DNA of 64,000 nucleotides from an archaeon (GTDB lineage Archaea; SpSt-1190; DYHY01): NCBI GenBank assembly GCA_043803745.1, contig JAZDJS010000002.1, positions 1 to 64,000 of the forward strand, read 5' to 3'. Shown piece by piece: positions 15,929 to 24,600 of this stretch (position 1 is its first letter; each line of letters starts with the position of its first letter). The notes under the pieces were generated by a model. It saw only the letters and a program-made list of their open reading frames with translations, ran no database searches and was not told where the DNA came from. The position numbers and the translations under genes were made by a program.

Positions 15929-18661
15929 TCATTTCTTCCTGAGGAAAAGGAACCAGATTCCGGCAAGAACCGCAAGAATCCCGACACCAATCAACGCATA
16001 GGAAACAACCGGGGGAAGCCCAAGGAACATCCCCGTCGGGAGCTTGGCGCCCCCTTCAGTAGACGTTTCCGAGCCAGCTCCTTCTTCAGGGGATTCGATT
16101 GTCGTGGTTGTTGCTTCAGGCTGAGTCGCAATTGTTGTAGTGGCGGCGACCGCAGCGGTTCCTTCCTCGGCCTCAGCAGCCGGCTTGGCTGGTTCTTCCG
16201 AACCAATCCCGACTATTGAAAAATATGAGAATCCCGGGGACTGTGCAGCAAGCAAAACATAGCCCGCCTCTTCTCCGGTTATCCGGGTTTCGAGCTGGGT
16301 CCACTCCCCGGAATCCTCAAGATATCTGTAAAGGAACGCGTCATCGTTCCCAAGCCAGCCCTTTCCGACCCGGAAGCTTATTTCCGCGTTTCCCGAAAGG
16401 ATTGAGGAGTTCACCCTGTTGGGGATTATTGTGACGTTTTGGTATATCCTCCCGGCCTCGAAAAGCCCGTCGAAGGAAACCCCGGACGGGAACTTGTCAA
16501 GCTTCCTGACGAGGATTGTCGCGTTCGAAACGTTCTCGCTTGGCGTGAAGGATATCCTCGAGATTGCAAGGCCCGCGCTTGTGTCAAGGTCAAGGTTTGC
16601 CTTAACCCCGGAAACAAGTTCAGGAATGAAGCCGACGGAATCGACAGTCACAAGGCCGCCGCCTCCGCCTCCGCCACCCCCTCCGCCGGCACCACCACCC
16701 CCGCCGCCCTCCCCGCCACCGCCGGAAATAGTGGTCGTGGTAACTGGCGGAGCGCCCGAGCCTCCGATGCCATATGTGCTAAGATGGCTCAAGTTGGCCC
16801 AGACATAGCTTCCGGCTGAATTGACGCCGGAGCCATAAACCTGGATTGTCTCGTTACCGCAGGAGATTGCCCCGGAATTCGGGAGGATTGCCCATTCCCC
16901 GCTTGCCTTGCAATAGCGCAGGATTCTCAGGGATTCGGGGAGTATTTCGCTTATCCCGTCCCCGTCGGAATCAAGGTCCGAAACTGAATAATGCAGCTTC
17001 AGCAGGAAATATGCATAGGAAGAGTCGGAAAGGTTCCCTGAAAGATTGAAATCGAAGAACCTGTCGACTGAGACAAGCCCCCCGAGCCAGTATTCGAAGG
17101 AAGTGTCGTTCGTCTCCGGCTCAAGAGCGCCCGGGTTGTTGCTTGAAGTTATTGTGAGGTTCGCTTTTCCGGATGCGAGCGGCAAAACTTCCAATTCTGC
17201 TCCGGTGGCAATCAGCGATTCGTTGAAGAATGCCGTCGTGTTTGCAGTCAGGTTTTTCCCCGACTGGCTTGCAGGGAAATATGCATAGAAAATCCTCTCG
17301 AAAACTACCTTGTTCGAAAGGGAATCCTGGGCGGCGATTGTCAGGTTGTTCTTCCCGGAAGCATAGTCAAGGCTCCTCGAGAAGTTGCCCGTGCCTGAAA
17401 GGGAGAACCCAAGGGCGCCGTTGAGGTAAACCTGCGCTGAAACCGGGTTGTCATCGGAAATCGTGCCCTCGATTGTGTTGTTGAGGAACGAGACATTCGC
17501 TCCCTGGGCCGGCTTTGAGATGCTTATCTGCGGAGCCTGGATGTCGACGAAGAATTCAGTCCAGCTAGAGCCGAGATTCAGCGAGGAATCCCAGGCATAG
17601 ACCGCAAGCGAGTGCGCCCCGTGGGAAAGCGCGCCAATTGTCATGTTCATGCCCGAAAGGCTCATGTTGGGTCCGCCGTCAAGAGAATATTTGGCAATCG
17701 GAACCGGTTCGCTGGCAGACCAGCTCAGCTGCACCGGAGTTCCCGGGCCAAGCATTCCAGCCGGAGAATAGATTGCTATTGTCGGAGCCGTAACATCCCC
17801 CCCGGTCTGGTATGAAAAGGTTGCCGTTGCGCTCCCTATCGTTCCCTCCGAGCTGCTTGCATAGAAAATCAATTTGTGGACTCCCTGCGAAATGTTTGTG
17901 ATGTTCTGCTCAAAGGGACTGGTTGGAGCGAAAGGACCGACGCTTTTTCCGTCAAGGGCATACCAAATCTGGGAGATTTCTGGGAGATTTGAGACAATTC
18001 CCCTGAACCTCACAGGAAGGATTGCAGTCTTGAAAAGGTCGGCAGGGGTTTCAATTGAAACCTGCGGAACGGAGAACGAGACTGTCTTTCCGAAAATTTC
18101 CCAGTTGCCGTTCCGGTCGTCCGACCAGAGGACGAAAGCGGTGTTGTTCGAAAACCTGACTGACGGATTCTTGGCGCGCCCAGAACCTCCGGCTATGTTG
18201 GCTGAGGTTCCGGAGTAAAGCGTTCCATCGGAGGATTTGAAGAGGCCGTAGTAAATTGCCGGCATCCCTTCCTTCTCAGTGCTTATCCAGGCGAGATGGA
18301 TTCTTCCAAGCGGGTCAAGGAAAGCCGAGATTTCGTGGATTGCGCCCTTGCCGGTTGTCACAAGGGTCGCGTTCAGAATGGACTTCCCATTGGAATCGTA
18401 TTTTTTCATCAATATTGCCGAGCCGGTTGCCGAAGGAATTGTTGTCGTGGTGGCTGCAAAGGATTTTATCTCAGTCAGGTTCTGCACAAAGATAACATAT
18501 GCGTTGTCGCTGCTGTCGGAAAGTATCTGCTGATTGCTGCCAGTTCCAGCAACGATTTCAGGCGACCACTCCCCGGAGCCGAGCGCGAACCCGGCTGAAA
18601 AAAGCGAAGTGAGCAGGATGACTGAAACCAGGAGCAAGAAAGCAAGCAGAGATTTTCTCAT
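15929..18661 (-). CDS. Membrane-anchored PGF-pre-PGF surface protein with Ig-like domains
   Basis: Signal peptide from the ATG at 18661 (ATGA overlap with the giant gene), propeller-like N-terminus, Ig-like repeats, poly-Gly linker, SPGFSYFSI, and a C-terminal TM helix + RKK. Confidence 0.88.
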   Translation of the reverse strand: MRKSLLAFLLLVSVILLTSLFSAGFALGSGEWSPEIVAGTGSNQQILSDSSDNAYVIFVQNLTEIKSFAATTTTIPSATGSAILMKKYDSNGKSILNATLVTTGKGAIHEISAFLDPLGRIHLAWISTEKEGMPAIYYGLFKSSDGTLYSGTSANIAGGSGRAKNPSVRFSNNTAFVLWSDDRNGNWEIFGKTVSFSVPQVSIETPADLFKTAILPVRFRGIVSNLPEISQIWYALDGKSVGPFAPTSPFEQNITNISQGVHKLIFYASSSEGTIGSATATFSYQTGGDVTAPTIAIYSPAGMLGPGTPVQLSWSASEPVPIAKYSLDGGPNMSLSGMNMTIGALSHGAHSLAVYAWDSSLNLGSSWTEFFVDIQAPQISISKPAQGANVSFLNNTIEGTISDDNPVSAQVYLNGALGFSLSGTGNFSRSLDYASGKNNLTIAAQDSLSNKVVFERIFYAYFPASQSGKNLTANTTAFFNESLIATGAELEVLPLASGKANLTITSSNNPGALEPETNDTSFEYWLGGLVSVDRFFDFNLSGNLSDSSYAYFLLKLHYSVSDLDSDGDGISEILPESLRILRYCKASGEWAILPNSGAISCGNETIQVYGSGVNSAGSYVWANLSHLSTYGIGGSGAPPVTTTTISGGGGEGGGGGGAGGGGGGGGGGGLVTVDSVGFIPELVSGVKANLDLDTSAGLAISRISFTPSENVSNATILVRKLDKFPSGVSFDGLFEAGRIYQNVTIIPNRVNSSILSGNAEISFRVGKGWLGNDDAFLYRYLEDSGEWTQLETRITGEEAGYVLLAAQSPGFSYFSIVGIGSEEPAKPAAEAEEGTAAVAATTTIATQPEATTTTIESPEEGAGSETSTEGGAKLPTGMFLGLPPVVSYALIGVGILAVLAGIWFLFLRKK

Positions 18662-21600
18662 TCCGCAGGCACCACCTGCGATGGAAGGAACCATCGCTCT
18701 TGGTACACGTCAGTGTCCGCATAAGCTGTTTTCAGAGCATCCAGGCTCATTGCCGAGGGTATTATCCCGGTGTTGAACTCGAAGATGAAGACGATCCCCT
18801 CGGGACCGGCTGCCAGGTGGTCGAAGGGACCCTGCTCAACATCGATTATGTCGTAGTGATTCAGGAGCTTGAGCGGCGCCCAGATTGCATAGTAGGTTGC
18901 ATACCAGGTCGGTATTATGACTGCTGCGGGAGGGAAGGCAATGCTTGCAACCGAGAAGCCGATGCCGATTCCCGTTGCCGCGACATCCTCGTAGGCGGCC
19001 TTCTTCATTATCGGGTCCTCGGTTGTCCTTGCGGTGTAAATCTGGTAGCCCATTTTCGCAACATCAAGGCCGAGCATCACTGCGTCGGTAACTCCGACAT
19101 GCACGAACTTTCCGGGCACGTTCGGCGGTAGGAATGACCTTTGGAAGATTCCGAAGGAAACCTTCCCTCCGGAAGCGCCCTGCAAGGTGTTCTTGATTGT
19201 CCGCATCTTCCATCCGAACTTCCCGAAATCCGCAATCGCGCTCTTGTGGTCGTAGAGATAGTTCGCTATCTTGTAGATTATTACCTGCTTGTAATTGCCG
19301 GTGATAAGGCTCGAGACTATTATCGACTCCGCATTGGTCACTGTCGCGACGGTCCCAGGGGCGAATTTGGTTATTTCCGCCTTGATTGAATTGAACCTCG
19401 GGTCAGTCAGGAACTCGGAAGTGCTGATGTCGTTTATCGTGACCGTTATCGCCCGGACAATCGTTGTCTCAAGGTCGGGCGTGGAGGTCTTCTTCGCATC
19501 GTTCCTTGTCACCGAGTATTTCGTCTGGTTGTTCTTGGTTATCGTGACGAACGTTTCGTTCGACGTTGTCGAAGCCGCTGCGAACGGCTCCATGTCGAGG
19601 GCGCCGAAGGAACTGTAGAACCTGGTCGTCCTCCTGGTTTCTTTGATTGAGTTCCTCGAGGGCAGGCTGTTGTTGAGCGAATCGTTGTAGTAGAATTCCC
19701 ATTTGGGGGAAACCGCGCTCCAGTTCAGGGAGCTTGCTGTGAAGGAAACGTCCGCTTCCGATGAGCCTATCAGGACAACCCCGGAATAGCCGCCCAAGGA
19801 GGTTGAGTTGAAGAACTGCGTTACGTTCTCAGGCGCGCCATTGTAGACGAAGAGCTTGTACGGGCCGACTGTCGCGTTCCCTGTCGGATATGTCTGGATG
19901 TTCGCCGGCAGGGCTGAATTGATTGCCGAGACGTTCGCCGAGAGGTTCGTGACAAGCGAGAATGAATAGTCGTCGGTTGTCTTGGCAAGCGCGCCCGCCT
20001 TGATGTTCCGGGCGTTCATCGGGATTCTGGATATTTTCCCGCCGGTGACGTTGATGTAAATCGGAGAAAGGTAGATGACGTAGCCGGGTTTCTCGATTTT
20101 CTCCTTAGGGAGGTTTATCGTGAATTCGTAGGAATGCCTTGTCGTTACATATTCAAGGGTCCGCCCGATTGAGATTCCGCTCATGACCCCTGTGCCCCAG
20201 GAGAATTCCCCGTCATAAAGGGCATAGTCGATTGCCGGGACAAGATAATTCTCGGAATCGTTTGAAACCGATTTGTCGAGCGCGGGGTCGACTGAAATCT
20301 GGAGGGTTACGTGCTGGTTTTTTCCGGGCTCGAGCTTTATCGGGGCTTCGGCATACCAGTATTTCATCTCAGGGTCCCCGATGCTTGCGGCTTCGTAAGT
20401 CGGCACCCAGCCCTTGCCCTCAACCATGTATGCGTCCCTGCCGTTCCCGAGCATCACGGTATAGGCGCGTCCGGTCAAATCATAGCTTATCTTGTAAGTC
20501 GGATAGGGGTCAAGGTTGCTGTAGTAGAAATAATCCCGGGTATAGCTTATCGAATAATGCCTGTCGCCGCCCTCGTAAAAGACGACGCCGTCGGTCGTGT
20601 TCTCAACCCGGTAAATCCAGCTGTCAAGGCCGTAGTTCACCCCTTCTTCAATCGTGTTTGTCCTTGATGCCAAATCGGTCGGGCTGTTCCTGACGCCGTT
20701 CTCCCCAAGCTCCACAACCTCGTTCCTGTTGCAAGAGGTCAAGCCCCAGTCGCCGCAGTCGATTCTGTGGGAATGCCCGTCAAGGAACCAGAGATATTGC
20801 TTCGATTCATAGTACAGGGTTCCGGGCCTGAAAACATCCGACCACGGGTAGGAAGTCTCAAGGTTCGCGTTCGGGAGCAGGTCGTAGGTGTCAATTATCC
20901 CGTCCCCGTCGCTGTCCGAGCGGATTGGGTTAGTCCCTTTGGCAAGCTCCTCCCCGTCGCTTATCCCGTCATCATCGCTGTCAGCGTCAAGCGGGCTTGA
21001 ATAGCTTAGCTCTTCCTCGGGGAACTCCCTGTTAGTGAAAATCCACCTTCCCCATCCCTCTTCCGCCCCATCCTTGATGCCGTCGGAATCGGTGTCAGTG
21101 TTGCTGTAATTGAGCCCCTGCTTGTAGGCAAGAATCCTGTGAACCTCGACATAATCGAAGCCGGGAACGTTCGGGCCAATTGTTATGTCATAGACGCCTC
21201 CTGGGAGGTATCCTTCGTAGAACGTCCTGTGCTCGGGAACAAGATATGTGTTGCCTGCTATTGTTGTCCCGTTGCCATCCGAAATATTGAAGTAAATGCT
21301 TCCCTCAGTATCCAATCCTGTGAGGTTGAGCCGGTACATTCCCCCGAAGTTCAGCGTTAGCGTGACGTTGACCGAGGTTGCCCCGTAAAGCTTGACGCCC
21401 TTCACATCCCTGAATCCGTTCCAATAGGTGAGGACATCGCCGATTGTCGGGGCATAGTCGCCCAGTTCGGCCGAGTCGGCGAGGAACCAGCCCTTGAGCT
21501 CGTCCTTGTCCCAGATCCCGTCGTTGTCGGAATCCTTCCCTCCGACGGGGTTCGTTCCGTAGATGGCGACTTCTTCCCCGTCCCAGACGCCGTCCGAGTC

Positions 21601-24600
21601 CGAGTCGAAGTTCAAGGGGTTCGTTTCGCTCTGCGCTATCACCGTCCCGTTCGAAAGATATTTGGTGTTCCAATAGGGCGCCCCGTCCCGGGCAAAGTTC
21701 TCCCCTTCCCAGGCCTGCATCAGCCCGTCGGTCGCGCACCAGACTCCCCAGCCCGCAATCGAGCCCGAGGCTCCCGGCTTTGTCGAGTTGAAGCACCAGC
21801 CATCCTTCCATCCGTCCGGAAGGCCGTCGTTGTCGCTGTCAACATCAAGGGCGTTCTTGAAATCGTCATAATCGTCAGTTGTCTGGTTCCAGTTCCGTTC
21901 AGTCCCGTCAATTATCCCGTCCCCGTCAGTGTCGGCAGCGTTCCGGTCGGTCTCCCCCGCATCGACAATTCCGTCGTTGTCAACATCCTCGAACTTGTCA
22001 AGGAGGCCGTCCTTGTCAGTGTCTGCGTTGCTCGGGTTCGTAAGGGCAAGGTCCATGTTATAGGTTTCCTTGTGGTTCGATGCGTAAGCTGAAATAGGAT
22101 TCGCAGAAAGGTCGGCGAAGGTTCCCGTCCTGAAAACGGTATAGTTGTTTCCGCCGGTCCTGACAAGTATGTGCGTCCCGTTGTCATAAACCGGATAGCC
22201 TTCGGGAGTGTCGACCTGGACGTTCCTTCCAAGGAGGGTGTAGTTGAGCGGAAGCTGCGCAGCTGTCAGGTTTGCGTTGGGGATGGCAAGGACATATCCA
22301 ATGAGCGCCGCGCTGCTGTTTGTGAGCGAGCGCTGGACTGCGATTCCCGTTCCAGCAGCCCAATAATTGAATGTTCCAGTCGTTGAATTGTATGCCGCGT
22401 TCGTCCTGAATACGACCCGGGCTTCCGTCCAGTCGGTCGAGGTGTCGTTGTCCGAGTCAGTATCGAAAACATTGAGCAGCTTGTCCCCGTCCGCATCCTT
22501 GTCAAAGGAGGCTTCCTCGCCGTTCAGGATTCCGTCGCCGTCCGCATCCTTGTCAAGGAAGTTCGGAATGCCATTGTGGTCAGCATCGTTATACCCGAGG
22601 GCGACCCTTGCGCCGTCGGAAAGCCCGTCGTTCAGCGAGTCTTTCTTCAGCGGGTCCGAGACCATCAGCAGGTTTCCCGTTTCCTTGCCGGCTGAATTGT
22701 AGGCGGGGACCGTCCCGTGCCCCGTCTCAGCATAGTACGCGTCCGAAGCAAGGGAGAACGTTGTCGGGCTTCCATAGACGGGGTTCTTGTCTCCCGGGAC
22801 GTCCATCGCAACATATGGCGGGATATATGAGAAAATTGAATGCGTGCTTGTGCCTAGTGCGTTGTAAGCCCTCGCTGCGACAAATGCATAGTCTCCGGAC
22901 GGATGCCAGGAAATCCCGAAAAGGCGAGAGCTTGTTGACGGAATCTTGCTTGTGAAGTTGTTCTCAGCCGAATCGAAGATTATCGCCTTCCCGTTCGAGT
23001 TCGGACCGTCGTCATCAGTCACAATCAGCGCCTCCCCGGTTCTCGGGTTCCATTCAACATCCTTTGCATCCCCGAGGCAGCTCCATATGCAGGGAATCTT
23101 GTATGAAAGGCAGGTTCCGTTCCAGTAGCATTTGTAGAGGTATTTCTCGTTGCCCGCAGCAGTTCCGAGCATAAGGCCTGCATCGATTTGCTTGTTATTC
23201 CGGGAATCTGTGCTTCTTTTCCAGTCTGCTGAAGTGATTTTTGTCGGCGCCGGAGAGAGCGTGAGATTGAACTGCCAGCTTTCGAATCCGGCATTATACT
23301 GGAAAACGAAAGCTTTGCCCGTTGAAGTCGTGATGAGCACGTAGACGTTGTCAATGTAGCTTACGTCAGTATAGCTGTATCCCGGCCCGCCAAGGCCGGA
23401 TGGTCTTGTTATGTCCGAGACAATTCCGGATGCCGCGTCGTATCTGAGTATTTTCCCGTCCCCGACAATCACAGCAACATCCCCGTAAGAGGGAAACTCT
23501 ACGGAGGAAAGATTCGCAGTTACCCCGCTTGAGACAATCGAAACGTTCTTGGTTGTCGCGTTGTATTTCAGGACTGTTCCGACGTTTCCCACAAGAATTG
23601 CCCGGTCCCCTGACGGGCTCCACGCTGCGCCCTTTATGCAATAGGATCCGGGAATCGTCAGGCTTTCTAACCGATTGTCCGGATAAACAAGGTAGCCGTC
23701 CCCAACCCAGCAGAAAATATCGTCGATATGCTCCAGTCCGATGGCATACTCCCCGCTTGGGTTCCATGCAACCTTTTCCATTATGTGGTTCAGGCTCGAG
23801 TATTTTATTATGCCGTTCAGGACCGGCTGCTTGGCATAGGCCGCTTCATACCCCTCCGGGCTTGTTGCGACTCCGACATAGTTTGAAAAAGTCCCGATTT
23901 GCGTGTCGGTAAGGGCAAGCCCCTTGATTCTTCCAAAGGGGACGAGGTTCTTGCTAATGCTGGCCCCGATGTCAACCGCAATCCAGGAATTGTCGTTCTC
24001 AGGGGCGGAATAGTCGATGTCTGATGCCCCGTAATAGTAGACGACAAGGCGCTCGCTTCCGGATGTGTTTGTGAAAAGCTCGGTTGAATTGTCCTTCCTA
24101 ACCTCCCGTCTATACTGGCCGTTGCCCGGAGTTCCGGAGGTTTCAGTGAGAACCGCCGTAATGTTTGCCGGGCTTCTGACCGTGACATAATAGGGATAAT
24201 CCATTTCATAAATGCTAAAGTTAGTTCCAGGACCGGTAAAGCCCCAGGAATAAGAACCGCCCATGAACGCGCTGTAATAATAGACTGTTACGGATTCCTG
24301 GGCAGTCAGGTTCGTTCCAAGAACGACAAGCCCGTTCATTCCTTGCTTGATCCACCAGTATTGCCCTGGAGACGGAGGATAGACCGGATTGTTTGTCTGG
24401 TTTGTATAGCTGAAACCCGAGGAGTAAGAAGTAACATTAATTATCGAGGAAACCCGGTATGCCAGCCGGTAAGCAGAGCCAGAAAGCAATTCTTCCCGGA
24501 TTATTCTCCCGCCGTTGACATCATCCGCATCAGTCCTGAACTCTATCCAGTCCCCTTCGCTGTCCGGAAGCCCGTCGCCATCGGTGTCCGGGTTCGTCAT

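Noticed and set aside
16020-16050. KLPTGMF before the TM helix as a sortase LPxTG signal
   Set aside because: The spacing is L-P-T-G rather than L-P-x-T-G, and no sortase is seen in the window.
16655-16726. (CCG/CCA/CCT)n run
   Set aside because: It encodes the ordinary poly-Gly linker before the PGF-pre-PGF domain and is not a separate element.
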